Below are positions 1 through 12,716 of a DNA stretch of 64,000 nt, one piece after another. Source of the DNA: Callorhinchus milii (taxonomy: Eukaryota); assembly GCF_018977255.1 (NCBI RefSeq), contig NW_024704742.1, positions 17,486,001 to 17,550,000 of the forward strand, read 5' to 3'. The notes under the pieces are model-generated. The model had not been told where the DNA came from. It made no database searches and saw only the letters and a list, made by a program, of their open reading frames with translations. Every line of letters begins with the position of its first letter. Positions within the stretch are counted from its first letter, which is position 1. The translations under genes were made by a program, and so were the position numbers.

Positions 1-1030
1 CAAGTTGGGCTGAACAGCATGTATATATGGCATGTTGACCTACAAATAGACAAATTTCAAAAACCTCTGTGAAGCACTTTGTGAGGTTATAGGTGCTGTA
101 CAGAAAACAGAGATCATTATCCACCACGCTTTCTCAAGAGTGATAAATCAGAGTGCAAATTCACAAACCTGCTTGAAAAATATTTTAGAATTAAAAGGCC
201 TGCATTAAAAAAAGGCTGTTAAATAATCAGAAAGTGAATATAGTTAAAGTTTTCAAGGAAACATACATTGCAGTTCATTGTGGTCGAAATTGCAGGAGCT
301 ACAAAGGGATTTATTACTAGTGAATCCAGGATGTGCTTGTAGGTCTCTGGAATGTTGGTCGCCAATCCCTAATCTGACCTCCGTGATGTTGGCATCTAAG
401 TAGAAATTTGAGAACTGCTGGTAATTGGAATTGGCAGTGATGCTTGACTGAATGGACATAAACATCAATTGACTTGCTTTTATGCACATGCTATTGAGTG
501 GGTGGAACGTGGGACTTTGTTGCAGGAACAGTAGGTTAGCTGTAGATTCATTTTAACTTAACCCAGCAGTTAAAGGTAGTAACAGCTGTTCAAGATATTC
601 CTCCTGCGCTGACATGACAGGAACTACCTGTTGCTGACTTGCTCTCACTTGATGTGAGTGAGTATGTAATGCGTAGGAGTCTGTGGTTGAGGTCTCTCAT
701 GTTTCCTCCTCTGGGCCATGTCAGATTTCACATAATTTTCCTTTTAACAGAATTAATCCTTTCTTCCTGTGATGTCCTGTTCGGTCCTGTTGGGATTGAA
801 AATTTGTTGCTCGCAAACTGGAACTCGCTGAATTCTTAATCCCAATCTGTTCCCCACGGTGGTGGTGGTGTTTGGGGGAGAGGGGTGGCTGGGAGACAGA
901 ATGGTAATTACTAAATGGATTTGTAACTTTCTGACTGACCAAGTTAGAAACCCATCTCATATAATTCATATTTCTTCTTTTTACTATACAATGTTATACT
1001 ATACAATGTTCTTATTCTCATTGTTCCCTC

Positions 1031-1747
1031 TGTTAGAACATACCAGAGCAGTATTAAAGGTTGCTACATGTTATTTCTTTAAATAGCAGTAACATGTTAA
1101 GTTGTTATTCAGACAGGCTGGTCAGAAAGGTAGTTGGCTGCAATGTTTGAAAGATGGTGATCAGTAATAGTGCTTAGTTGTTATGCAAAACAGTTGGCCT
1201 AGTGGCCAGACAGAATAAACCACAAGGTCTCAGGCAGGAGGCCAAGGACGAATATGACAATAATAAGACCATATAAAGAACTGATGGTCACAAGAGGAAT
1301 AGGGAAATTATCAGGCCTTGCGACCCTGAGAGAAGTCAGGTGGTTTTTATCCTATTATAGCAGCTGTGCAGTAACTCTCAAAACAAGATAAGGAACGAAC
1401 ACATGAAGAACATCTAATTTGGGGGGAAATACACGTGATAAAAGGGTAATGCTTAAGCAAAGCAAAGCATGGTTCAAGACTATAAAGGGTGAACCAAAAA
1501 TTACAGTAGCTCGAGAAGGGGCCACATATAAGGAGAAGTAGTTCAGGCGTTGTGCCATCTACTGTCCAGAGTCCGAGAACCGGGTAATATGGTCTTGATT
1601 CTGTAATTAATTGTAATTGCTTGCGATACATGTTATATTGATGATTCCGCTTATGTTGTAATAAACATTGATTACACCCATCTTGGGATTGTCAGGTTGT
1701 TCATTGATTCAGTGTTTATAAAGGGAAGCCTTTCCTAAATACCAACA
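1031..1747 (+). mobile_element. Solo LTR (ERV1-like or Gypsy-like), 717 bp
   Basis: Begins TGTTAG and ends CCAACA. Identical 4-bp TSD CCTC at 1027-1030 and 1748-1751. TATAAA at 1481 and AATAAA at 1660 lie in U3-R-U5 order. Confidence 0.8.
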
Positions 1748-1989
1748 CCTCCTCACATTTCACTGCCCATCTCAGATGAGCTGTTGCAATGTGTAATATC
1801 AGCATTGCTATTGAGACCCAATATTCTAGTCTTTGATCTCTGTCTGATTGACTCCCTATGTAGTCTGCAGAAGGGGGTGGAAGCAGTTCAATGAGAGGAG
1901 GGGATACACTGAAAGTGGGGGCAGATAGGCTGAAAGCCTCACCACTGATGGTGGAATGAATTAGCTGGGGACATGAACCAGGCCAGCCT

Positions 1990-2240
1990 AATAGCTCCCA
2001 CTCTCTTGAACTCCATCCCTAAGTCTCTTTGCCTCGCCGCTTTCCTGTCTCCTTCAAGATTCATCTCAGTACCTTCCTCTTTGACCGTGCCTTCAGTAGC
2101 CCTCTCCCCTCCCCCCACGCCCATTGGCCCTATCCTTCCCAAATCTCACCTCCAGGTCGGGTGTAAACCCTCAGTTGTCCAGTGGCTTTGGAAGTCCTCC
2201 CAATCTGAAAAACGCTATATAAATGCAATTTATTGTATAT
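1990..2240 (+). mobile_element. L2 LINE 3' fragment
   Basis: APTLLNSIPKSL-type ORF2 C-terminal remnant, then the tail ...aacgctatataaatgcaatttattgt. Confidence 0.7.
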
Positions 2241-3507
2241 ATTGAGCAGTATGATTGTTTATCACGCACCAGAAAGCTTCATTCTTAAAGAAACAAAAAA
2301 AACTCTTGCTGTGCAGTTTATTCTGTGCAAGTGTTTGCAAGGAACGCTGCCAATGAACATTTTGGGTGGCTGTTTCCACCCACCCATCGACCCACCATGT
2401 CACAACATCCAACACAAAACAATTTTGAGCCTGACCCTCCCCACCCCTTGCAGGCATGATTCAGTTTCATTGTCCTGTTGAACAATATCCTATAAAAGTT
2501 GTCTGCACTCGTCGTATAAATAAGTCAGTGTAGAGAAAGTTGATGAATAACATTGCACTTGTCAAGGAGATCGGTATATCTTACTCATGACTTGTGACTT
2601 CTGCACTTTCTCTCCTTGGGATATAAGCACTCTATTCAATTATCTCCTGCGCCATATACTCTTATGTCCCACGCCATTCCCTTGGATTATTTAATTCCTT
2701 TTTATAAATTATTTGCGGAGTACTAGCTAATCTGTGCACCATCCATCCAGGCACAGTAAAGAAGCCCTTGTATTTCAGCCTAATAAATTAGACCTGTTAT
2801 GTATTCAAATATTATTTCAAAACTGCCCTTTGATAACCTATTATCTTAAGCCACATCTCTTAACAGTGTATTGTGGAAAGGGCCAGTTTATTGCAAATCA
2901 AGATGCCTGCTAAAGAATTATTCTTGCAGACTATTTGCTGTCACTCAGAATTAATCTGATCAGTAATTCATCTCTCCATTCTTGTCAGTTCGTTCATTCT
3001 TGTCAAATTTACGACACGGCAGTAAATTTGTCCTCCGGTTTTCTTTCTTTGTCCCTAAAATTCTTCTGAAATCCACTTCCATGGATGCTGTCAACTCTCT
3101 GCCATTCAGTTTAATATGTAGACCACAGATGGTGAGAGTTGAGAGATTATTTGACTCAGTATTGCAGTCGAGCCTGATCATATTTTAACCATTCATAATT
3201 TTGCACAACTTCCCGAAAGGATCTCTGGAAAGTGATCAGGTATTTGAACCATGACTAACTTTTCCTTTTTTCAGTCTGGAGCACTGGTGGAGTTTTACTG
3301 TCACCTCAACTCAGATCAGTTAACTCAACACAGAGGAGAAATCAAACTCCTACTACCTGGGCTTGCAACATCTAAAAAATATACTAAATAGGTGTTTTGC
3401 CCACAAAATACACAGTCAATGCACTTTACAATATATATTCTGTGAGGTTCTTTGAGAAGTCTCAATGACGTGATAAGGTGCTGTTTCAAATTAAAGGATT
3501 ATTATTA

Positions 3508-3670
3508 CTCAACACTTTCCATTCAATCCGGCTGTGTAGAATTACAATACACTAACCACTCACTATTCACTCCCACCACGTAAAATTACAATACACTAAC
3601 CATTTTCCATTCATTTCCAAAGTATAAAATTACAATATGCTGTACTAACCACTTCCAATCACTTCCATTG
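3508..3670. repeat. Degenerate 44-bp minisatellite, about 3.5 copies
   Basis: attacaata recurs at 3541, 3585 and 3629, each followed by actaacca...ttcac-like sequence. Confidence 0.8.
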
Positions 3671-3719
3671 TCAGATTGCTAGTATACAAGGTTACCAGAA
3701 GGTGGGTCAATAAAGAAAA

Positions 3720-4030
3720 ATTGCCTGATTTGGCAGTAAGCCACACAGAATAAGAGGTTGCAGTTTGATTCCAAAGCTGATTTGTGCCGGCCAAGTAGTT
3801 GGGATTTACAACAGCACTTGGGAGAGAGGAAAAATCAGCCAGGATTCCTGATCACTGTCCAATAATTCCTAGTAAAACTGTGCATTTCCTTTTGTGCAGG
3901 AACAGAATCTCTCCATTGAATTGTCTGTCAACATTTTCTCACTAGGCAAGGTACAGGGCTTCTAGCCCTCTAACTCTAGCCATATTACAGCAACAGTTAG
4001 AGCTTTCAGAAGAGGGGAGAACATTGGCAA
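3720..4030 (+). mobile_element. AmnSINE2-like ancient SINE relic
   Basis: aaaaatcagccaggattcctgatcactgtcca core and 3' ttcagaagaggggagaacattgg resemble the consensus as I remember it. Confidence 0.55.
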
Positions 4031-4922
4031 AATAATACAATGTATAAACACCCATGTAAATACAATATATAAACAGCCCATTCACTCCTGTGTATAAGAT
4101 TCAAATAAAATTCCCACTCACTCCGTTGTTTAGGCAACTGTATGTTTTATTTCTCCCTCCCTCTCTTCCTCCCATTTATAGGATATTGAAGTCATGCCTA
4201 CAGTGTCCTCAGTTGTCCTGTTCTTAAAAATGTTTTTATTGATGAAGACATTAACTACAAATGGCATGTTTCAGCTAGAGACATCTGCACTGTTGGATAA
4301 AATGTGTGTTTCACTACGTCTCTACTCTGGTTTAGGTTCAAATGCAAATTCCTGGATGAATGATAATCCGGGCCTGGGGTAGAAAGATATTTAAATCACG
4401 TTATTTTTGTCTGGAATCATAAGAGGAATCCGAATGCAAGCGTAAGATTGCTTGTCAAGGTAGGTACTGGGTTTATCTCAGTTGTATGTGTGGAAACCTG
4501 AAGGGAAGAAAAAGTGGTGTCATATAACCCAATGTCCTTTTCTGACAACTATGATCAATATTTCTTGACACAGTGTCTAATTATAGACCAAACTCTTTTA
4601 CTGTGACATAAACAACTAGGCAGTTCAATTTTAGGGGCACGTTCACACCAGTTGAGTGGTTTGGTGCCTCAAACTGCTGAACAACACTTTTTGGCTTGAA
4701 GCAGTTTAGCCCAGATGCTTTTGCTGGCGATCTGTGCTGTCTATATTCAGCAGCAAGAGGACTCAGGCTCTGCCAAGTGACTCACTGCATTTGTCTTCAA
4801 TATCTCTCTCCCCCCACCACCAAAACCAATAATTTCTCACCCACCTCACTGAAAAGCCATGAATGTAATTATTAATGACACCCAATACCTTCATAGTGAG
4901 AGTGACCTGACGATCAATACGT

Positions 4923-5189
4923 AATAATAATCCTTGCATTTGATAGATCGCTTTCCACGTCTTCTCGACGTCTAAAAGCGCTTCACAGAATAGACTGTAA
5001 AGTGAATTGACTGTATATTTGTGGGTGAAACGCGGCAGCCAATTGCACACAGCAGTGTCCCACAAACAGTTGTGGATTGAACATGACCAATTTATTATTG
5101 TTTTTTGTTTTGGAGTGATTATTATTAGGCGTTTGGAGAAAGGAAACTTGCCCAAGGTTTCGCCCTGCTTGGAATTGAACCCAGGTGTC
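4923..5189 (-). mobile_element. Young tRNA-derived SINE, 5' truncated
   Basis: Reverse complement of the family at 11202 and 14509, with a (TAA)n tail at 4923. Confidence 0.9.
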
Positions 5190-6259
5190 CCAGTTGCATT
5201 GCTGTAGCATAAACAGTGGATGTAGAGGTAGCACTCGCCATTGCATAATCCCTCTAATCACTTTATGAACTATGCATAAGAACCATTCCACAGGCAGACT
5301 ACTCTTAAGTTTGGAGGATGTTGTAGATCAATACAAAAGCTACATCACCATTGTTACTGACAGGCAAAGAGCTGTAAATTTTATATTTTTTTATATATAC
5401 AGTATTTATAAACTCTGCACTCCACCTCTCTTTGATCCCAGCCCGCAGGTCGGGTGCAAATCTTTCATTGCGCCTTGGGATGTCCTCCGAATGTGAAGGG
5501 TGCTATATAAATGCAGTTTGCAATTGTTGTTGTTATCCGCATCCTGGAATGAATGCATTCATTTTAACATGCTGCGTAAGCTCGAATCTGGCCTGGCAGC
5601 TGAGGGGGAGTCTAAAGGTGAACATGCAAGAATGCCCAGTTGTTACTATACTTCATTTCAGCTGCTTGAGGTTCCTCTACCCACTGAAATGAATGGGATC
5701 CTTTCTGTGTCAGATGTTCTTTCCTGTCAGTGGCCTTAAATTCGGTTACATACCATCCATACCTCAGGCCTGAAATTGCACCTATCCTCAACCTGTAAGA
5801 CCATTCTGTCTGAACATTTTTTAGAATTTCAGGTTGAGGTATGTAACAAACTTGAAACAGCAGGTTGCCAAACTTTAGGAAACATCATAAACAACTAGCA
5901 ATATATCAATAACTAAATTATTTTCAGATGCAGTTGGGAGGTACTGTACATTGAAGAGAAAATATCAAAATCAATTACAATTCTGACATTAACTTTCAAA
6001 CTTTACAGATTACGAAAAGCAGCAATTACCAGGGAGTGATTTCAGGGGGCTAATCTAATCCTGGGAATATTGTTGGTTCTTTTATTATGTAACATGGAAA
6101 CATAGTTCTGTCTCTTATTTTTTTACTTTAAGTGACAGATTGTTAAAAGTGCTTTCTGCCTCTGAGGGACTACAGTCCCATTGGTTCAACTCAAAACAGC
6201 AAAAGAAGTCAATAATATATCGCACTAAGATCCAGAGTTCTATTTTCTCTTCATGTTTA

Positions 6260-7080
6260 CATAGATTTACTGTACTGTACAGAAACAGGCCAATTGGCCC
6301 AACCATCTGTGTCAATGTTTATTACTCCACACGAGGCTCCACCCATTCCCTACTCCTTCCCATACCCATTAAAACAACCCACCTGCCTGTTCAGGTGGAT
6401 GTTAAAGATCCCATGGCACTATTCAAAATGGGAAAGGAGATTCTCCCGGTGTCCTGGCCAACAAATCTTCCAAATGAAAATGGTGATTCATTTCATGGCT
6501 GTTTTGGGGGCACTGCTATGCGCAACTGGCTGCTGCATTTCACTCACCCATAAAATCCACTTTATAGTATATGCTTTTAAGCGCTTTGAGACTTGATAAG
6601 GTGCTATATCAAATGCAAGTATTATTATTATATCCTTCTGTTTCTTTCTCCCTCAGGTGTATATCAAGCTTCCTCTAAAATTAACCTTTTAGATTTTTAT
6701 AATTTTAAACACCTCTATAAAGTCCATTCTTAAAGTCTCTTCTCTGGTGAAAAAGAGGCCTAACCTATCCATTTTATCCTGATAGCAGTTATCTATCAGC
6801 CTGGTATCATCCTAGTAAATCTATGCTGTACTCTTTCCATTGCTATGATATCCTTCTTGAAGTGTGGCAACCATATTTGGACACAGTGCTCCAAGTGGGT
6901 CTCACTAAGGTTTTATATAAATTCAACATTGCTTCCTTACTTTTATACTTTATCCCTCTGGATATAAGCCCATGAACACATTGACACTTTTTGTGGCCAT
7001 ATCTACTTGTGCTACTACATTTAAAGATTTGTGGAGCTGCATCTTCAGATTTCTTTGCTCCTGTACTCCTCAGTTTAAGG
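6260..7080 (-). mobile_element. CR1 LINE 3' fragment interrupted by a DeuSINE fragment (6372-6632, +)
   Basis: CR1 3' end catagattt...acagaaacaggccaattggcccaacc. The reverse strand of 6730-7070 resembles the CR1 ORF2 C-terminus (HLEHCVQIW-type motif). The inserted Deu body reads cctgttcaggtggatgttaaagatcccatggcactattc. Confidence 0.75.
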
Positions 7081-7702
7081 TCTCATCCATAGGATGCCAC
7101 CTGAGGTTATTTTATTTTGTGCTGGTTTCTCTGCTGCATTACTTCAGCGTGGAAACAATTATGATATAACCTCATAAAACCTTGCCGTAAGCATATGCGA
7201 TCGCTGAATTGTTGTATTAACCCGATGCAATAAAACAGAATTTATAGTTTTATCAAAAGAGCTTCCATTGTGTTCCAATTGATTTCTGAGAGCTCTAATC
7301 CAGAATTTATAACTAACTGGTCAGTTCAGCGAAATGTGCTTAAATAAATGACTTCCCAATATATATTGTGGTCTTTAAAATAATGGGATTCTTGTTGTGT
7401 CTGCCATCAATGAGCCATCTTGCTGATCTTCAATGTTGGCTAAACATTTTGTCGATATGCACATGTATACAAACTGATGTCCAAAAGCATATTTTTTCTG
7501 ACATCTGCCCGTTTAGATTTTGTGAAATTCACTTGGGATTATTCCGATTTGTAACAATCATATCTCAGAGCTACAAGCGTGTTGTTCCTGACTGTTGTCC
7601 TGAGTGTTGGTAGCAGGCAGTCACTCACACATGGGTGTGAAATTTGTGCTTATTTCGTGATGCGTCTGTTATGATAATTATCACATTGAACCCATTATTT
7701 AT

Positions 7703-8052
7703 TAGGCTGGCTCAGTTGGCAGCACTCTCGCCTCTGAGTCAAAAAGTTGTGTCTTCGAGCCGCATGGAACTTTGAGCTCACAGTATAGGCTGACACTCCA
7801 GTGCAGTGTTGGGAAGCGATACATTATAAGAAATGCCATCCTTCAGATGAGATGTTAAACTGTCAGTCTGTTCAGGTTCACCTGGCATACTGCCCAACAA
7901 TCTCAGATAATAATGGTCACTCAATTTATTGCTGTTTGTAGGACGATGCTATTTGAAAAATGGCATCCACATTCGCCCACAAAATACACAGTCACTTTAT
8001 AGCAATTACCTGTGAAGCTTGAGCTGTTTCACTGAAAGATGCTATATCAAAC
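7703..8052 (+). mobile_element. DeuSINE (SacSINE1-like), degenerate
   Basis: Head ggctcagttggcagcactctcgcctctgagtca, Deu core gccatccttcagatgagatgttaaac, L2-type tail. Confidence 0.8.
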
Positions 8053-8667
8053 GTTCAATGCAGTAGTGGCGTTTTTCTGTACTAATCACTGTAACCACTT
8101 GAAAGTGAAAGGGGAGGTATGTGGGAAGATCTGATTTGGTGCTGTTCAAATTCTGTTTGGATTCTCAAAATTGCTTCGGAGCTCATTCCAACTCGGAAGT
8201 CACTCAGCAGTATCCAGCTGTTAGACTCTGGCCTCTGTGTAGCCGCTGCGTACTTTCAGATGCTTGGCTGCATGTGCATCAGCTTCATTAGACACGGGAT
8301 GCACTTCATAATCATAGGAGCTGCCAGCTGTGTTGTGCGTTTTGTGGATAATGATAGAAATCAAAGAAGTGTCAAATTCGGGACTTAAGTTTCCAGACTT
8401 TGCTATCTTTAGCTTTTAGCTTGTGTTGCTGGACTGCATCTTGAGAGCTCAAGGACAGAGGCCATTGTTGGGATTTTTTAAAGGGCCTGACCTGCACGAG
8501 TGATGTGCAAAAATTCATACTGTAATGATTCATATCTGTAGTGTAAGGTGTAGGGCGCTGTGGGAATTGCTGCGCTTGTAGTAGAAAATAAAGCAGATAT
8601 CAGGAGGGTGAGGTTAGCCATGCAGTTCTTTCCCACATGTTTCTGGAATTCAGACCCTCCCCAACAT

Positions 8668-8696
8668 CTCTCTCTCTCTCTCACACACACACGCAC

Positions 8697-8727
<31 letters not shown>

Positions 8728-8732
8728 CACAC
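8668..8732. repeat. (CT)n(CA)n compound microsatellite
   Basis: Directly visible. Confidence 0.95.
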
Positions 8733-9032
8733 ATGTGAACATCACGTTACAGAGGGGGGTGAGAGGGAGAAATGGAAATAATCTTGTTTCTCCTCAAATA
8801 ACTGTTTATTTGTCTCGAATTTGAATTCTTGCTTCAAATCCAATCATTTCAAGTTGAGTTCAAAAAAGAAAGAAAAGATAACCTTATTCAAAATGGTTAA
8901 GGAGGTGGCAACAGAGCGACAATTATGATTGACAAAGACATGGTCAAGCTCTCTGGGCTTCTGGAGGGAGCAGCATATGACCTCCCCAGCAGCAGTGGTG
9001 TTGATGTGGCATAGCTTTGTGCAGTAGTTTAG

Positions 9033-9508
9033 ATCAAACTTCGTACCCACATCTCACCAGTTCTGGCCAGACTCCACAGGCTGCCCATCACTGAATGGAT
9101 TGAATTCAAGTTCCTTGCACTCGTGTTCAAATCCCTTCATTCTCTGGCACCTCCCTACCTCTCCAACCTCCTCACTCCCCAATCCCCCACTCAGCTCCTC
9201 TGCTCAACTGGCACCGACCTCCTGCTCGTCCCTCGCACCCTCCGCCTCACCATCAGAAGTCGCACTTTCAGCCACTACGCCCCGAAACTCTGGAACACTC
9301 TGCATCAATCCCTCCGCCTTGCCCACTCTCTCCACTTTTTCAAGTTCCGCCTCAAAACCTTCCTCTTCAACTGTGCTTACGGCCACACACACACAGCCAC
9401 CCACGCCCCCCCACCCCCGGCTCGGAGTCAGGCTCCGCCACTGGTAAGCGCTCCGAGGTGCTACTCTGCGTGGAGAGCACTATATAAGAGCAAGTTGTTG
9501 TTGTTGTT
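9033..9508 (+). mobile_element. L2 LINE 3' end with ORF2 C-terminus
   Basis: HISPVLARLHRLP...FKSLHSLAPPYLSNLL...APKLWNTL...FKFRLKTFLF, ending in a (GTT)n tail. Confidence 0.92.
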
Positions 9509-10254
9509 AGTCACACTTTATGGACTGTGTCTCATTGTGAGGAAGAGTATCAGCATTAATTTGCAGATTCGCAGATAACAGCAGTGTAAAAGTGTCTAGC
9601 AGATTAAAGGCACAGAGGAGTAATAAATTCCACCTTTGCATTGCCAGGCAATTTAAATGGGAATCCTCGTCCATGATATTGACTATTTTACTGTGCAGTA
9701 AGTCAGCTACTGCTGCATTAAAAGAGATTACAGTAATATAAGAGAATGCTGCCTGAATACAAAACAGGGCAACTAATACCTTCCGAAAACACCCAGCTCT
9801 CTCCAGCAAGTGCTGATCAAAGCCAGAGAGGTGCCCATCATTTCCTGATAGCAGCACGATTGTATGTTTGTACATGCTTGTTGGTTTTATTTTTTGTGCG
9901 CTCGTGAGGTGGAATAGCCAGATTTTACAACTCTCCCCTCACCCCCCACTTTTGCCTGACGCTTATTGGTTGACAGTGGTGAGCGAGTGACAGCCCGTAC
10001 AGCTGCTGAAGCACCTCTTTTCAATGTGTGTGTTGATTCAAAGCTCCCTCTCAGCATTACATGAAAGGGTCAATTGTTATTCATGCATGAAAACGTAAAT
10101 CAAATGATAATAAAGTGTTTTGGCGGGTGTATGCCCACATCTGCAGAGGATTATTTATGTTTTTTGTTTTTACTGGACTGCAAGGTGGAGATCATTTGCT
10201 GAAGCAGAGAATGCAGAACAGGCCAATTTTGTTTACCAATTTGTTTGGAAACAG

Positions 10255-10700
10255 ATTTGAATTATACAAATGATAACGCAGAAGAAGGCCATTTGGCCCG
10301 TCAAGACTATGATGGTGTTAGACAATTAGATAGATACTTGAAGGCTATTAAAATATGGTGAACGAACAGAAAAGTGGCATGAGACAATGTGGAGGAAAAC
10401 CCAATACAGACTTGATGTACTGAATGGTCGAAATCTGTACTTTAATATTAGATGATTCTACGAAAGGCTCGCTCCACTAGAGCTATCTACTCTAATTCCA
10501 TTGTCCTGATCTTTCTCTCGACCCTTTTATATTCTTTCTCTTCAAATACATATCCAATTTCGTTTTAATAATAATAAATGTTTATTTATAAATAATACCA
10601 TTTTAAATGAGATTATGACCTTTGCTTCAAAAGCCGCTTGTGGTAAAGCGTTCTATTCTCTCATTCCTCTTGCGTGCAAAAAAAAGTCTTCTAATCTTTG
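10255..10700 (-). mobile_element. Degenerate CR1 3' fragments
   Basis: gcagaagaaggccatttggccc and atatccaatt... motifs, with a short opposite-strand CR1 tail piece inside. Confidence 0.55.
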
Positions 10701-11201
10701 CATATTGAAGCTTAGTTTAGCCCCAAAACACCACAGCTGCAGCTTTCTGTCTCTGTCTTAAACGTCTGCACAGATCGCCAATGAGCTAATTTCACACATC
10801 ACTTCTATCAGGGGAATTGTCTCCCAGTTTATCAATGTATCCTCTGTATTTCACTTGGAACTAAGTTCAAAGGCCATGTCACATGATCATAAGATGCCTA
10901 GCAGATGAAGACAGTTTTGATAATAAAGACCATGCAGATGAAAATCATTTAGAAGAAAATAATTTAACCCATTTGATTTTATGCTTCAGAATATGGATTC
11001 AACTGTCTTCCCATAAAAACTTATTAGACTGAGTCCAGTTTCCTGAACTTCAAGCACTCTTCCTGTCAATCAATTCCAGTTTTAGGTTTCCTAAGATCTG
11101 ATAACCCAAAACCAAGGAAATGTTTTCCCATTGTGTCCATGATGGTTCTTTGAAAGTGTGATTCATTCGGTTGCCTGGCTTTTCCCTATACTCTTGCAAA
11201 T

Positions 11202-11527
11202 TGGAGTCTTGTAGCTCAGTGGTTAGAGAACTTGCCTTGCAAGCAAGACACCTGGGTTCAATTCCAGGCAGAGGGCGAAACCTTGGGCAAGTTTCCTTAC
11301 TCCACACACCTAATAATAATCCCTTCAAAAAAACAAAAACAATAATAAATTGGTCATTTTCAATCCACGACTGTTTGTGGGACACTGCTATGCGCAATTG
11401 GTTGCCGCGTTTCGCCCACAAATGTACAGTCAATTCACTTTACAGTCTATTCTATGAAGTGCTTTGAGACGTCGAGAAGACGTGAAAAGCGCTATATCAA
11501 ATGCAAGGATTATTATGTTATTATTAT
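11202..11527 (+). mobile_element. Full-length young tRNA-derived SINE (short form)
   Basis: A box tagctcagtgg, B box ggttcaattcc, ttgggcaagtttccttactcc, Deu-like 3' half, (TTA)n tail. Confidence 0.95.
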
Positions 11528-11580
11528 AAATTATTTATTTTTAGTTGTCTATCTAGTTCGCTCTTGAGGGCTAATATGTA

Positions 11581-11740
11581 TCATAGAATCATAGAATTAT
11601 ACAGCACAAAAGGAGGCCATTTGGCCCATCGTGTCAGTGCCGGCTGTTTTAAAAGAGCTATCCAAATCAATCCCATTCCCCCACTCTCTCCCCATAGCCC
11701 TGCAAACTTGTCCTCCCTATGACCATCATTATCTAATTCC
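11581..11740 (-). mobile_element. CR1 3' terminal fragment
   Basis: (tcatagaa)2 terminal octamer repeat followed by acagcacaaaaggaggccatttggcccatc. Confidence 0.85.
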
Positions 11741-11859
11741 TAACACTGCCATAGTCTGGATGGGTTGAATGGCCTCTTTCTGTCCCAGCTCCACTAGTTC
11801 CCTATCTTCAAGATCTTTGTTCAGATGTTTATGTCTTGCCCGACTTTACATCTGCAACA

Positions 11860-12137
11860 TTTTCAAACCATACAAACCTGGCCTCTCCCTTCGCTTAGCC
11901 GGTACTGGTCTTCTTCATGTCCCCCATGCAAACTGCTCCGCCATTGGTGTATCTGCCCGTACACTCTGAAACTCCATCCAGGAATCCCTACAACTTGCCT
12001 CTTCCCTCCCTACCTTTGGTTATCTTTCCCTGTCCATGGCTCCCACCCCCAGCTCAGATACTGAGCTGTCCAGAATCTTGGGACATCCTCCCAACAAAAA
12101 AGGTGCCATATAAATGTAAATTTGTTGTTGTTGTTGC
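11860..12137 (+). mobile_element. L2 3' fragment
   Basis: KPYKPGLSLRLAGTGLLHVP remnant; tail ggtgccatataaatgtaaatttgttgttgtt. Confidence 0.75.
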
Positions 12138-12716
12138 TCCATTCCTTGTTAGGCAGAACGGGAACACTGGCAAAGCTCAGAGCAACGATAGGAATGCTTT
12201 TCAACTAATCAATCAAAGTTCCACTTTGAATTTCTATTCATTGGATAAATGGATAACTCCAAGACTTAACTTTATTTGACTTTGAGAATGTGACGTTTTA
12301 TATCAAAAAACATCAACTGTGGTATGTGTGAGACATATTAATGGCAAATTATAGATATTTTGCTGTGGATGTTTGTCAGCCTACTGCAGTCCAGGCAGCA
12401 ATGTCCTACATCAGGAAACAAAACAAGATTTAGTCTTTTGATTGCACCAGTAATTCATTTTGTCTTCTCGCATTTTCCCTTTTCCTCTTCAGGTTTTAAC
12501 TTATGGTGCAAGAAGGTTCGGTAGGTATTGCAGTTGCCTTTCAACCAAGTGGCCAGCTACGACTGCACAACCATAGAAAACATTGTAATCCATTGTCTGA
12601 TGTCTGATAATTTGCATGTTTCGCAAGAGAGTGGGAAATGCTTGTGTCTGAAGCCAGTTTTGGACGTTTTTGATGCTATTGTTACCAAGGCATGTTATGA
12701 ATATTGGCAGCAATTA

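Noticed and set aside
253..840. Possible Penelope/RT relic (LSLDVSE)
   Set aside because: A single weak motif with no other RT or GIY-YIG motifs in frame.
3508..3670. Regularly spaced repeats as a CRISPR-like array
   Set aside because: Vertebrate intron, the inter-repeat sequences are similar to each other, and there are no cas genes. It is a minisatellite.
4182..4459. Strong polypyrimidine acceptor at 4181 with ORF 4194-4382
   Set aside because: No similarity to SORCS2 or any protein I recognise, and stops occur before the nearest good donors.
9123..9578. Longest ORF in the track (151 aa)
   Set aside because: L2 ORF2 C-terminal remnant reading through the element's tail; not a host gene.
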